Below, piece after piece: positions 49,993 to 60,803 of a stretch of 64,000 bases of DNA (positions within the stretch are counted from its first letter, which is position 1; the number at the start of each line of letters is the position of its first letter). Source of the stretch: Poseidonia sp. (GTDB lineage Archaea; Thermoplasmatota; Poseidoniia; Poseidoniales; Poseidoniaceae); NCBI GenBank assembly GCA_965661285.1, contig CBFIDD010000001.1, positions 404,852-468,851 on the forward strand. The letters are read 5' to 3'. A program made the translations under genes and the position numbers. Under the pieces are notes generated by a model. The model saw only the letters and a list, made by a program, of their open reading frames with translations. It ran no database searches and had not been told where the DNA came from.

Positions 49993-51932
49993 CACTCAGG
50001 GCCCCCAAAGGAAAGGTGGGGTGGCCATTCGTATTTCTTGAGTTCGGGGTGAGCGGCGACCTTGGCCAGCGTTTCCTCATCGTGCAGAGTTACAGCAGGC
50101 CAGCGGCGCACGCCGTGTTCTTCGGAAGGGATGGGCGTGGTCGCGTCCCAACAAAGGCGGGACTTCTGGTCGTCAAAGGTGAGGCCGCGTCCCACATCAA
50201 AGCGGGAGGTCAACTGCCAAAGCAGGCGACGGCGAGCTTTCGTGTGCGTCATATCCAGGTCGTCGTTGGTGATGAATAACCAACGTAGATTCTTTCCAGA
50301 ATCCAATTGCCAAATTGAATTTCTCAATTGAAGAATTTGCTCAATTCGCTTTCCTTCTTGTTCATCGTTCCCGTCGTGCTGTCCCGTTCGGGGACTTGGG
50401 GTGCCCTCGATGGAGGTTGAAACCACGAGCATGTTGTCTCGCAGCATCCGTGCTTGACGAACTTCGGGAAGAGCGGCCACGGCCTCAAGGCCGGTGAAGG
50501 GTTCTGAGGGCTTGGTGCCCTGTCGCCACGCAGGTGTTGGTTGATTGTAGGAGCCCTCAAGCGGCTCGTCCGAAGAGCGAGGGTCGGTGGAGACCAACGT
50601 CGTGGCGTCGATGAGCAGCTTGTCGTGAACGTTCTCGAAGGGCGAAGCGGCTTCCAGTGCATCCGCCACCATACCCGGAAGCACCACCACGTCTTCGCTG
50701 ATTTCCACCTTGTCGTTGAGTGCGTCAAGGAAAGCCTCGAGGTCCTTGGGATTTTGATCGGGGTCGATGGCGGCGATGACCTTGAGGAACATCATTTGCC
50801 CAGCACCAAGCAATCCGAGTGCTGTTTTACGGCCTTGGCGAGGATAACGTTGTTTGGAAGCAACAATGGCCAGGTTGTGAAAGCCGGTTTCGAGGGGCAA
50901 ATGCACGCTTTTGACGTCGCGATGTTGGAACTGAAGAACAGGAGAGAATTGACGCCCAATGGCCTCACCGAGGAACCCGTCCTCCATCGGGGGAAGACCG
51001 ACGATGGTTGCGGGAAGGATAGCATCGGACCTGCAGGTGATGGCGGTTACGTGGAGTACGGGATACTGACCTGTCAGAGAGTAAAATCCGTAGTGGTCCC
51101 CAAACGGACCCTCAAGTTTGGTCTCGGTGGGGTCGCAGTACCCTTCGATGATGATATCGGCCTCCGCGGGCACCCAGAGGTCTTGGGTCAGGGCCTTGGT
51201 GATGGGAAGGGATTTCTGGCCGAGGATCCCTGCGAATTGATACTCCGAGAGATTGTCCGGAAGGGGCGAAATCGCTGAAAAAATGAGTTCTGGTGGCCCA
51301 CCGATGCAAACGGCCACCGGCATTCGTTCACCTTTGGCAGCGTGTTCGGCGCCGTGCTTGTGAATCTGCCAGTGGAGTCCGAGTTCGGTCTCGTTGTGGA
51401 CCTGCGCCCGATACATCCCAAGGTTGTGCTCGCCGCTCGAATCTTTGGTGACCACCAGCGGCAGGGTGACGAAATGACCGCCGTCCATCGGCCACGTCTT
51501 GGGAATGGGCAGTTTGGTCAGGTCGTTGGGCAAACGGACGCGCTGCCCCTTGCCCTTGCGGACTTTCTTGGGCGGCATGGCGAGAGCGTCTCGCAGCAGC
51601 GGCAGACCCTTCCATGGCTTTCGCATGTAAAGGCCGATATCGGGTTTCATCATCGCCACCATGCGGTCGCCGATTTCCGTCTCATGGGTGGCGCCAAGTG
51701 CCTGCAACGTCCGGTCGTGGCCTCCAAAGGCGTTCATCAGAAGCGGGATGGACGAAATCGTGCCATCGGCCAGCCGTGGCTGCTCGAACAGGACCGCTGG
51801 CCCGTCGTTCTTGACCAGGAGGTCGGCGATGGCGCCGGCTTCGTAGACGACGTCGACCGGCCGGTCTATGCGAAGCAATTCATCCCGTTCTTCGAGATGC
51901 TTCACCCAACGCCTCAACGTCTTCCAAGCCAC
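49992..51932 (-). CDS. ubiD: UbiD-family decarboxylase (MqnL-like menaquinone biosynthesis)
   Basis: WPMDGG, NLGMYR, EGPFGDHYGFY, GLPPMED; translationally coupled to the UbiA gene. Confidence 0.9.
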   Translation of the reverse strand: MAWKTLRRWVKHLEERDELLRIDRPVDVVYEAGAIADLLVKNDGPAVLFEQPRLADGTISSIPLLMNAFGGHDRTLQALGATHETEIGDRMVAMMKPDIGLYMRKPWKGLPLLRDALAMPPKKVRKGKGQRVRLPNDLTKLPIPKTWPMDGGHFVTLPLVVTKDSSGEHNLGMYRAQVHNETELGLHWQIHKHGAEHAAKGERMPVAVCIGGPPELIFSAISPLPDNLSEYQFAGILGQKSLPITKALTQDLWVPAEADIIIEGYCDPTETKLEGPFGDHYGFYSLTGQYPVLHVTAITCRSDAILPATIVGLPPMEDGFLGEAIGRQFSPVLQFQHRDVKSVHLPLETGFHNLAIVASKQRYPRQGRKTALGLLGAGQMMFLKVIAAIDPDQNPKDLEAFLDALNDKVEISEDVVVLPGMVADALEAASPFENVHDKLLIDATTLVSTDPRSSDEPLEGSYNQPTPAWRQGTKPSEPFTGLEAVAALPEVRQARMLRDNMLVVSTSIEGTPSPRTGQHDGNDEQEGKRIEQILQLRNSIWQLDSGKNLRWLFITNDDLDMTHTKARRRLLWQLTSRFDVGRGLTFDDQKSRLCWDATTPIPSEEHGVRRWPAVTLHDEETLAKVAAHPELKKYEWPPHLSFGGPE

Positions 51933-52056
51933 ACTTGCCCCTGCGGGTTCTTGGCTTTGAACCTCCGTATGGAAGCCATCGCAGGTAAAACGACCTCAAT
52001 GGTCCACCGTTGCCTTCATGGGCTTCCCCCCGCTGGTTTGACACAAGGTGGCATGG

Positions 52057-53277
52057 ATGTACGATGTGGTCATCATCGGAGCGGGCCCAGGAGGCGGTTC
52101 TGCCGCGCTTCACGCCGCCCGCGCAGGCCTCTCAACACTTATCATCGAAGCAGACCCGGAAATAGGGACGCCCGTTCACTGCGGCGAGTGCCTTTCCGAT
52201 CTCGCTGTGCAAAACTTGGACCTTGAACTGCCCGACCACGTCAAAGCCCTGGACGTCAAAGGCATCAGGGTGATTTTCCCCGACGGGACAGAAAAATTGC
52301 TCACCGAAGAGGGTTACGTGCTCGAAAAACACCTGTTTGAGCGATGGTTGGCCGACGAAGCGGTGGACAAAGGAGCCGAACTTCTGCTCCACCATCGCGT
52401 GACCGGCATGGAACGAATTTACAATTCAGAAAATCAATTTTCCAATTGGAAACTTGAAGGACGAGGCGATGCCTTTCCCGTTGAGTGTCGAGCGGTCATT
52501 GATGCCTCGGGGGTTTCGGGCGCTGCGGCAAAGTTCCTTGATATGGGCGGCGATGTGGAGGTCATTGCCGGCTTCCAGTACGAAATTCTCGACGTCCCCA
52601 ACGACGGCTACCTCGATTTCTATCTCTGGCCAAAATACTCCCCTCACGGCTACGTCTGGATGATCCCCAAGGAAGGAGGGCGAGCCAACGTCGGCCTGGT
52701 CACCACCGACAAAAAAGGCGCCATCAAGTACCTCGAATCCTTCATTCAAGACACCTACCTGAACGGCAAACCCACCGTCAATCCCCCTTGGCGAGCCGAA
52801 GGCATCAAGATTCGACCGTTCGGTGGGACCATCCCCATTTCCGGCCCCCGCACAGCCACCGTTGGCGACGGCGTGGTGCTTGTCGGCGATGCGGCCGGAT
52901 TCACCTCTCCACTCTTTGAGGGAGGTACACACCTTGCGTTGTGGTCAGGGCGAGAAGCGGCCCAGACGGTGGCTGCTGCACTGAAGGAGAACGATGTTTC
53001 TGCTCAGCGCCTCATGGCGTATGAGCGTGCGTGGAAGAAGAAATTCCCCCCCTATCACAAGATTTTGAAGGGGAAGACGGCGCTGTACGAACTCAGCGAC
53101 GAAGAAATGTCGGCCATGGCCCGTTGCTTACCAAACGAACTCGGGAACATGAGTCCACTCGACAAGGCCGTCATTGGTTTGAAAATCCTCGTGCGCCGCC
53201 CCATGTTGCTGACCAAGCGCGTGATTTCTGTGCTCCTCTCGTTCGGCTATTCCCGGGCGAAATTCTTCGGATGGTAG
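52057..53277 (+). CDS. Geranylgeranyl reductase family FAD oxidoreductase
   Basis: YDVVIIGAGPGG, PVHCGE, GYVWMIPK, ANVGL, VGDAAG. Confidence 0.9.
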   Translation: MYDVVIIGAGPGGGSAALHAARAGLSTLIIEADPEIGTPVHCGECLSDLAVQNLDLELPDHVKALDVKGIRVIFPDGTEKLLTEEGYVLEKHLFERWLADEAVDKGAELLLHHRVTGMERIYNSENQFSNWKLEGRGDAFPVECRAVIDASGVSGAAAKFLDMGGDVEVIAGFQYEILDVPNDGYLDFYLWPKYSPHGYVWMIPKEGGRANVGLVTTDKKGAIKYLESFIQDTYLNGKPTVNPPWRAEGIKIRPFGGTIPISGPRTATVGDGVVLVGDAAGFTSPLFEGGTHLALWSGREAAQTVAAALKENDVSAQRLMAYERAWKKKFPPYHKILKGKTALYELSDEEMSAMARCLPNELGNMSPLDKAVIGLKILVRRPMLLTKRVISVLLSFGYSRAKFFGW

Positions 53278-53311
53278 GGCCCGCTGCCTTCATGGAAAAA
53301 GAGCAAAGGCC

Positions 53312-55870
53312 ATGAGGGTCGCCCAACCCCCCAACACCATGTGGGGGCTTACGATGTGGTTGGCCCTCGCCGCGACGTGTTTTCTGCTGGCCAAGCCAAA
53401 GCTTCACGAAAGGGACACGCCCCTGTCGGCGGCGCTGCACGTGGCCATGGTCCTGCCTTTTGTCAGCCTTGCTGGCCGCTTCTTGGTGAACGACACCTCA
53501 ATTCTGCACGTCGCAGCCTTTGGCGGTGCAGATTTACCGCTCAAATATCGATTTGCAGCCACCTGGGCTGCCCGAGAAGGTCCGCTCTTGATGTGGCTCG
53601 GCTGGATGGCACTGGTCGCCTGGGTGTGGCGCAAACCGCTGCCGGGGGAGGCAAACGGGACGGTGCAGGCGTGGCGACTTCGCGCCATGCACCTCATGAG
53701 CCTGACGTTGTTGCTCATCGCTTTCTCGCTGGACCCGTTCAAACCGACGCCGGCGTTTTTCCTCGGGTCTGGACTCAACCCTCTTCTTCAAACCGATTTG
53801 ATGGTCATCCATCCACCGTTGATTTTCCTCACCTACGCTCTCTGTCTCCATCTGACGGCCATCGCCCTGTCCGCCGCCTACACCGACGAGACCGAAGCCC
53901 TCGGCCAACGCATGCTCCACCTGGCCCGACCCGGTCTGCTGATGGCCACCTTGGGGATTGGCTTGGGTGGTTTGTGGGCCTACCTCATCCTTGATTGGGG
54001 CGGTTATTGGGCGTGGGACCCTGTGGAAACGGGTTCGTTCTTGCCTTGGCTGGCGCTGGTGATGATCGTTCACCTGCGCACTCGCCCGGGGAAGGTCAAG
54101 CCGGAAGTTTGGATTGGAGGGGGGCTGGCCACCGGCGTGCTTGCTTTGTTTGCCACCACGGTCACCCGTGCAGGTGGTGTCTGGGCCTCCTCGGTTCACA
54201 CCTTCGTCAACTCCGACAACAGCACCCCGCCCACCGATGTCTTTGGGCGGTTGATGGTGCTGCGAGACGACGCCGCGGCGACTGAAGTCATGACCTACGT
54301 AGCATGGATGTTCGTTCTCATCGGCTGCTGGCTCGCCGTTCAACGCGCCTCCTCGAACGCTCGGCCGCTCAGCCTGACCTCAGCCTGGCCGGTGGCCATT
54401 CCGACGGTGTTGACGCTGCTTGGATGCCTCGTCTTTACCGGCAGCAACGGCGAAGGCCTGTCGTGGACCGCCGTTCCCGACGGTGTCTTTGTGGCCCTGT
54501 TGGTCGTCCCCCTGGCCGCCGTTAGCAAAGGGGAAACAACGGCGCTTGACGACGATGTAACGGCCTGGACCTATCACCGGCTGACCCCCATACCGCTCGA
54601 TGTCGCCCTGGTCGTCATCATGTACGCCTTGACCGGTGATGTGTGGATGGCTACGGCCACCGCCGTGCTCTTTGTGCCGCTTTACCGTTCAAACGATACC
54701 CTCGCCGCTTGGCCGTGGGCGGCTGCAGGCGTGATGCTGGGCCTCGCCCTGGCATGGTCGCAAGCGATGAGCATCGGCGTGGCCGGTCTGCTGCTGCTCG
54801 CCTTTGTCCTCCCGTGGCTGCTCGCTCCCCAGAACGACGCTGCAAGTGGAGGAACACTGACCGCAAAAAGGAATCAGCAGCGCCTGGCATTGTGGGGCAG
54901 CGTTCTGGTTGTCAGCCTGTACCTCGTTCTGACCTGGGTGTTGTTGCTCACCAGCATCGATGCGGTCAATTTCGAGGCGCACGAACTCTACGGCGCCCCC
55001 TTCCTCGCCGCCGTGGGCGCATCCTTGTTCGTCTACACCCGCCGCAAGGACGACCCCAAACATACGTTGGGTTTGCTGAGCGCTGCTGCCGCTGTCTCGG
55101 TCATTGGATTCGTCGCCGCACCCTCGGTGTTTGGAGGCGATGCAACCACCACGGTCTCCAACAGCCTCACACGCGGCCACATCGTTTGGGTGTCGCTGCC
55201 GATGCTGGCCCTCGCCACAGCCCCCGTGGCGCGAGAAGTGGTTCGCCAGTGGACGAAAACTAAGGCAAAGCGAACGTTCCTCCGCCTTCCTCTTGGCGCT
55301 CACGTGGTCCACCTCGGCCTCCTCTTGCTTCTCCTCGGCCATCTTTCCACCACGGTTTTGGTTGACCGAGGCGACGCCAGCCACCGGCTTTCGCTCGTCA
55401 AAGACGAGGTCATCGTTCACGAGGGGCTCGGTTTTGAGTTCACGGAATTGGTGCTGGAGAGCGAGGGATTGGAGGTCGGTGACGGCTTTATCGGCGTGAG
55501 CATCGATGTGTTCGCCATGGAGGGTGCGACCGTCGGAGAGAAGATTGGCACCGTTACGCCCGGCACCTTACGCTTTGACGACCAGGGTATTCCGCGGTCG
55601 GAGGTGGACACGCTCACCCGGCTCACCGGCGATGTGGTGTTCATCTTTGACGGTAGCCAAGCCGGCGCACTGATGGCCTCCTCAAACGGAGGAAGTTTGG
55701 AGGACATTGAACTCGTTCGTGTAACTGTCTACGACCTACCGCACTCCCATTTGGTCTGGGCTGGATGGGTGATAATGATGGGAGGCATGGCGCTCGTGGC
55801 CCTTGCGGGCATCAAAACCTCCGTGCAGCCCCACGAACGCAAGGTCAAATCCAGCACCGAGGAAGAATGA
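53312..55870 (+). CDS. ccmF: Cytochrome c biogenesis heme lyase CcmF
   Basis: GLNPLLQ, HPP, WAYLILDWGGYWAWDPVE, SVHTF. Confidence 0.9.
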   Translation: MRVAQPPNTMWGLTMWLALAATCFLLAKPKLHERDTPLSAALHVAMVLPFVSLAGRFLVNDTSILHVAAFGGADLPLKYRFAATWAAREGPLLMWLGWMALVAWVWRKPLPGEANGTVQAWRLRAMHLMSLTLLLIAFSLDPFKPTPAFFLGSGLNPLLQTDLMVIHPPLIFLTYALCLHLTAIALSAAYTDETEALGQRMLHLARPGLLMATLGIGLGGLWAYLILDWGGYWAWDPVETGSFLPWLALVMIVHLRTRPGKVKPEVWIGGGLATGVLALFATTVTRAGGVWASSVHTFVNSDNSTPPTDVFGRLMVLRDDAAATEVMTYVAWMFVLIGCWLAVQRASSNARPLSLTSAWPVAIPTVLTLLGCLVFTGSNGEGLSWTAVPDGVFVALLVVPLAAVSKGETTALDDDVTAWTYHRLTPIPLDVALVVIMYALTGDVWMATATAVLFVPLYRSNDTLAAWPWAAAGVMLGLALAWSQAMSIGVAGLLLLAFVLPWLLAPQNDAASGGTLTAKRNQQRLALWGSVLVVSLYLVLTWVLLLTSIDAVNFEAHELYGAPFLAAVGASLFVYTRRKDDPKHTLGLLSAAAAVSVIGFVAAPSVFGGDATTTVSNSLTRGHIVWVSLPMLALATAPVAREVVRQWTKTKAKRTFLRLPLGAHVVHLGLLLLLLGHLSTTVLVDRGDASHRLSLVKDEVIVHEGLGFEFTELVLESEGLEVGDGFIGVSIDVFAMEGATVGEKIGTVTPGTLRFDDQGIPRSEVDTLTRLTGDVVFIFDGSQAGALMASSNGGSLEDIELVRVTVYDLPHSHLVWAGWVIMMGGMALVALAGIKTSVQPHERKVKSSTEEE

Positions 55871-55933
55871 ACCCCTCCAATGGAATTATGAAGGGGGGGC
55901 TGGTCGCCGAAACATCCACTTGGAGGGAACACC

Positions 55934-56779
55934 ATGGAAGAAGGAACAATTGTTCACGTTGATTACGAGCTCTACAACAGCGAAAGCGGCGACCTCATCG
56001 AAACCACGCGAGAAGACGTGGCCAAGGAGCACGAAGCCCATCAAGAAGGCCGCTCCTACACGCCCATGGTGTGCGTTGTCGGTGGTGGCAACCTCATCCC
56101 CGGTTTTGAAGCCGCTCTGGCCGAAGCCAAGGCCAACAAGGAAATCGAAGTGGTCATTGAACCCGCTGAAGCCTACGGTGAGAAAGACCCCGAGCAGATC
56201 GAAACCATCAGCATCGACAAACTCATTCGGGCTGTCAAAGACCCCAATTCGCTCTACATCGGCGCTCCGGTAAACATTGGCAACCGCCAAGGCTACCTGT
56301 CCTACTTGGCCGCAGGTCGAGCCCGCATCGACTACAACCACCCCATGGCTGGAAAGACCCTGAAGTACAGCTTCAAGGTTGTCAAGGTCGTTGAAGGGAA
56401 GGAAGAACAAGTCATGGCCCTGCTGGAATCCAACACCGGCCACAGCGACTTCGGCGTGTCGTTTGCCGGCGATGACCTCAACATCACCATTCCACAAACC
56501 ATGCTCTTCGATACCAACGCTGCCATGATGAAGTTCCGATTGGTCACCATCATCAGGGACGCTGTCGAGTGCGGCAAGGTGTCGTTCATCGAAGTCCACG
56601 AACCCCGTGGATTTGGCCTCGGTGATGACGAGGATGACCACGATCACGACGAGGCTGAAGACCTCTCCAAACTCTCTGTTGCCGAACTCAAAGAGCGATT
56701 GAAGGCAGCTGGCTTGCCTGTTAGCGGCAAGAAAGCCGACCTGATCGAACGCCTCTCCGCTTCGGGCGAAGAAGAGTGA
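55934..56779 (+). CDS. slyD: FKBP-type (SlyD-like, long archaeal type) PPIase with C-terminal SAP domain
   Basis: LIPGFEAAL, PAEAYG, IDYNHPMAGKTL; C-terminal LSVAELKERLKAAGLPVSGKKADLIERL. Confidence 0.9.
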   Translation: MEEGTIVHVDYELYNSESGDLIETTREDVAKEHEAHQEGRSYTPMVCVVGGGNLIPGFEAALAEAKANKEIEVVIEPAEAYGEKDPEQIETISIDKLIRAVKDPNSLYIGAPVNIGNRQGYLSYLAAGRARIDYNHPMAGKTLKYSFKVVKVVEGKEEQVMALLESNTGHSDFGVSFAGDDLNITIPQTMLFDTNAAMMKFRLVTIIRDAVECGKVSFIEVHEPRGFGLGDDEDDHDHDEAEDLSKLSVAELKERLKAAGLPVSGKKADLIERLSASGEEE

Positions 56780-56832
56780 ACCAACGGAAAAGGAATAGGC
56801 GACCACGCCGTGGGTCGTCATACTGAGCCCTG

Positions 56833-58215
56833 ATGACCATGAGCGAGATGAGCCCGTCATCCGACTTTCCAGAACCGTTGCCTGACGACCGGTATTCTCC
56901 GGTTGAAAAGGCGCTGATTTGGGCCGCCATCGCCCTCGTTTTTGCCATCACTGCGGGGTTGATCCTCGCCTTTGATACCGTATGGACCGAGACGCTCAAA
57001 CCCATCATCTGGGACCCTGTGGTCAAGGATGCAGGTGTGGCGGGCGACGCTGGCTATACGCCACAAAACACCGCCATCTACACCTTGAGCATGCTCGCCT
57101 GTGTGGTGTTGTTTCAAGCCCTGTTCCGAAAATGGGCCTTGCCCTGCGACGAGCGCATGACGGTGGCCCTCATCGCATGGGTGTGCCTTGCCCCGGTGTT
57201 GCGGGTGCTCGAAGATGCTGATTTCTTCTCGTCCTCTCGAGACGTCTTGTTCATTTCACCCATCATTCACCTCCACCTCGCAGCATGGCTGGTCGGCGTG
57301 GCGGTGCTAAGCCATCTCACAGGGCGAGCCTTTGACGGCCGTTCGGACGATGCATCGCAGGAAGCCCAAGTCACGCTTCTGGCCGGTTTGCTCTTCGTTC
57401 TCCTCTTTGGGCACTGGTACCTGCTGTATCAGCCCGCCTACGCCAGCCACCCCGATGTATCGTTCTCCTTCGCAACGGGCGGTTTGGCCGTTTCTGCAGC
57501 CGTCTTGTGGGCAACCTTGGTGATGACACGTGGCTGGCCCGCGATGACCCGTGGCATGTACGCCTTCGCCACCGGTGCGGTGGTGCTCGGTGTGGCCCAT
57601 TGGATTCAATTCATGCTCACGCCATGGGCTCAAGAAAGCGGTATGGCCTCCGGGGACATCACGTTCTGGCCGGCCCTCATCGTCCTTGGTTTGCCCGCTA
57701 TCGTCTGCGTTGCGCTGTACCGAATGGGTAGAGAAGATGCACACCAACTCCGGCTCACCGGTTTCTCAGCCGGCGTGCTTCCAGCCCACATCGGCATCAA
57801 ACAATGGGAAGCCGAGGCCGAACAATGGGCCGACCACCCGGTTGAATTCCTTTCCAACAAAGCCCTGCTCGCCCACCCCATGGTCCTCGGGATGGTCTTT
57901 GGGCAGTTGTGCGACGGCTTTGCCACCATGATGGGGATCGACATGTTCGGGTATGGAGAAAAACATCCGGTGAGCGATGCCGTCATCCAATTTGGCGGCA
58001 GGATCAACGACAGTGTGGGTATTGAATGGGGCGAAGGCGCCTGGTTGTTTGCGCTGGTCAAAGCGGCGCTCGTCGGACTCATCGTGTGGCTCTTCGTCCA
58101 GATGCGCGTGGAACACCGGCAGCAACATTTCCGTCTGCTCATCGTCCTCGCCGTGCTCATCGTCGGCCTCGCACCGGGCCTGCGTGATATCGGACGACTG
58201 ATGCTCGGCGTATGA
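56833..58215 (+). CDS. DUF63-like archaeal multi-pass membrane protein
   Basis: AGYTPQNT, LRVLEDA, GYGEKHPVS, VGLAPGLRD. Confidence 0.8.
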   Translation: MTMSEMSPSSDFPEPLPDDRYSPVEKALIWAAIALVFAITAGLILAFDTVWTETLKPIIWDPVVKDAGVAGDAGYTPQNTAIYTLSMLACVVLFQALFRKWALPCDERMTVALIAWVCLAPVLRVLEDADFFSSSRDVLFISPIIHLHLAAWLVGVAVLSHLTGRAFDGRSDDASQEAQVTLLAGLLFVLLFGHWYLLYQPAYASHPDVSFSFATGGLAVSAAVLWATLVMTRGWPAMTRGMYAFATGAVVLGVAHWIQFMLTPWAQESGMASGDITFWPALIVLGLPAIVCVALYRMGREDAHQLRLTGFSAGVLPAHIGIKQWEAEAEQWADHPVEFLSNKALLAHPMVLGMVFGQLCDGFATMMGIDMFGYGEKHPVSDAVIQFGGRINDSVGIEWGEGAWLFALVKAALVGLIVWLFVQMRVEHRQQHFRLLIVLAVLIVGLAPGLRDIGRLMLGV

Positions 58216-58280
58216 GTTGCCACCCGTTGGCTTCCATGCAATTAAGTGCAGGCTTCGCTTCGCCCAAATGAGGGCTCAAC

Positions 58281-59891
58281 ATGGACAGGTTGCCGACCAG
58301 AGTCAATCGTGCCGACCCCGACTTTGCCGCCCGAAAAGCCCACAACCTTGCCCTTGTGGATGAGTTGCGAGCTCGTTTGGAGGCGGCCTCCGAAGGCGGT
58401 GGAGGAAAATACGTCGAGCGCCATCGTTCTCGCGGAAAGCACCTCGCAAGAGAACGCATTGAGCGCATTGTCGACCCCGGAACGGCCTTTCTCGAACTTT
58501 CACCGCTCGCCGCTTACGAACTCTACGACGGGCGAGCCCATTCCGCCGGCATCGTGACCGGAATTGGCATGGTGCACGGCCGGGAATGCCTCTTCGTTGC
58601 CAACGACGCCACCGTGAAAGGCGGTTCATACTATCCCATGACCGTCAAAAAACACATCCGTGCCCAAACCGTAGCCCACGAAAACCATCTGCCCTGCATC
58701 TATCTCGTGGACTCCGGCGGTGCGTTCCTGCCCCTTCAGGACGAAGTCTTCCCCGACATCGGCCACTTTGGGCGAATCTTTCGAAACCAAGCACGCATGT
58801 CGGGCGATGGCATTCCACAAGTTGCGGCCGTTCTCGGGTCGTGCACGGCGGGCGGTGCATATGTTCCCGCCATGTCGGACGAATCCATCATCGTGAAAGG
58901 GAACGGAACGATTTTCCTCGCAGGCCCACCCCTCGTCAAAGCGGCCACCGGAGAGGAAGTGACGGCCGAGGAACTGGGTGGCGCTGATGTTCACACGGCC
59001 CAATCCGGTGTCGCCGACCATTTCGCAGAAGATGAGAACGAAGCCTTGCGAATGGTTCGCAACGCGATCGAGAACCTGGGCCCTGTTGAGAAAGCCCCGG
59101 CAGCGATGCAGGAACCCGAGCCGCCCGCACACGAAGTTGAAGACCTCATGGGGCTCATTCCAGCGGACAACCGCACCCCCGTCGACATTCGTGAGATCAT
59201 CGCTCGCATCGTTGACGGTTCTCGATTTCACGAGTTCAAATCCCGGTATGGCACCACCCTTGTTTGCGGATTTGCCAACATCCACGGGCACAAAGTCGGC
59301 ATCGTGGCCAACAACGGTATTCTCTTCTCTGAGTCGAGCCAGAAGGGCGCCCACTTCGTGGAGCTCTGTGGGCAACGGGGCATCCCGCTCGTGTTTTTGC
59401 AGAACATCACGGGCTTCATGGTCGGCAAGGCCTACGAGGCGGGCGGCATCGCCAAGGACGGGGCCAAGTTGGTCACCGCCGTGTCGTGCGTGAACGTTCC
59501 AAAATTCACGGTCATTGTCGGCGGCTCACACGGCGCAGGGAACTACGGGATGTGCGGTCGTGCCTACGACCCCAGGTTCCTCTTCATGTGGCCCAACAGC
59601 CGAATTTCCGTCATGGGTGGCCCGCAAGCGGCCGATGTCTTGACCACCGTCAAGCAGGACCAGCGTGCACGTGAAGGCACCCCGCCCATGGAAGGCGAAG
59701 AACTCGAAGCCTTCCGGCAACCCATCCTTGACAAATACGAAACCGAGGGCAGCCCGTACTATTCCACCGCTCGTCTCTGGGACGACGGCATCATCGACCC
59801 GAGGGACACGCGAGACGTGTTGGGGCTGTGTTTGGCCACCGCTCGAAACGCCCCGCTGCCCGACGACCGGTACGGCATCTTTAGAATGTGA
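58281..59891 (+). CDS. mccB: Methylcrotonoyl-CoA carboxylase beta (carboxyltransferase) subunit
   Basis: [45 protein letters not shown]. Confidence 0.93.
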   Translation: MDRLPTRVNRADPDFAARKAHNLALVDELRARLEAASEGGGGKYVERHRSRGKHLARERIERIVDPGTAFLELSPLAAYELYDGRAHSAGIVTGIGMVHGRECLFVANDATVKGGSYYPMTVKKHIRAQTVAHENHLPCIYLVDSGGAFLPLQDEVFPDIGHFGRIFRNQARMSGDGIPQVAAVLGSCTAGGAYVPAMSDESIIVKGNGTIFLAGPPLVKAATGEEVTAEELGGADVHTAQSGVADHFAEDENEALRMVRNAIENLGPVEKAPAAMQEPEPPAHEVEDLMGLIPADNRTPVDIREIIARIVDGSRFHEFKSRYGTTLVCGFANIHGHKVGIVANNGILFSESSQKGAHFVELCGQRGIPLVFLQNITGFMVGKAYEAGGIAKDGAKLVTAVSCVNVPKFTVIVGGSHGAGNYGMCGRAYDPRFLFMWPNSRISVMGGPQAADVLTTVKQDQRAREGTPPMEGEELEAFRQPILDKYETEGSPYYSTARLWDDGIIDPRDTRDVLGLCLATARNAPLPDDRYGIFRM

Positions 59892-59933
59892 TTTTTATAT
59901 TCGAAATTTGACTTTGCAATTGGAGAATTCAAC

Positions 59934-60797
59934 ATGATAGCAATGGACGAACCACCCGCCACTTCCATGGTTTCGCTGACCGTTGACGGTTCCCGAGCGA
60001 ACCTCACCCTGACTCGCCCCCGCAAATTCAACGCCATGAACGTGGAGATGATCCAAGAACTCATCACGCTGCTCGAGTGGACCGCTCAACGCAGTGCTGG
60101 TCGCCTCGAGGCCCTTCACGACGCGGAAGGCCGACCGTACCTGCGCACGCTGGTGCTGAAGGGCGAAGGCAAGCATTTCTGCGCCGGAGCCGACATCAAC
60201 ATGATGCGGGATGCAGGCGCCAACACGCCAGAAGAGAACCGGGCGGACTCTGAGCGACTCGACCGGTTGTTCAACGGGTTGTGGGCCCACCCCTGCTTCA
60301 CCATCGGTGCGGTCCAAGGCGTGGCTTTGGGCGGAGGCGCCGGCCTCATCGCCTGTTGCGATTACGTGGTGGCCACCGGCAACATCCGCATCGCGCTGTC
60401 GGAAGGCAAACTCGGCATCCTCCCGGCCGTCATCGGCCCGTACGTCTACCGACGTCTCGGCTCAGCCACCTTCCGTCGCCTCTCCATGCAGGCCAGCCGA
60501 ATCAACGGCGAAGAAGCGCTTCGCGTGGGCTTCGTCGAGGCCCTCGTGGAAAGCAACGACGACCTTGAGGGCGCCGTGGAGCGCATGATTGCCGAAGTCA
60601 TGACCACCGGGCCGTCCGCCGTCACGTTGTCAAAGGAACTCACGCTTGGATTCGACCGCTGGACGGCATCTGATCTTGCCTTGCGCGAGTGGACGCTTGA
60701 TTTTACCAGTCGTATGCGAGGTTCAAAAGAAGGCCAAGAAGGCCTCTCCTCCTTCTTGGAAAAGCGACCGGCGAATTGGAAACCTCAAGACGAGTAG
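59934..60797 (+). CDS. liuC: Enoyl-CoA hydratase family, methylglutaconyl-CoA hydratase-like
   Basis: FCAGAD, ALGGGAGL, LSEGKLGILPAVIGPYV; located in the mcc cluster. Confidence 0.85.
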   Translation: MIAMDEPPATSMVSLTVDGSRANLTLTRPRKFNAMNVEMIQELITLLEWTAQRSAGRLEALHDAEGRPYLRTLVLKGEGKHFCAGADINMMRDAGANTPEENRADSERLDRLFNGLWAHPCFTIGAVQGVALGGGAGLIACCDYVVATGNIRIALSEGKLGILPAVIGPYVYRRLGSATFRRLSMQASRINGEEALRVGFVEALVESNDDLEGAVERMIAEVMTTGPSAVTLSKELTLGFDRWTASDLALREWTLDFTSRMRGSKEGQEGLSSFLEKRPANWKPQDE

Positions 60798-60803
60798 GGA
60801 GGG

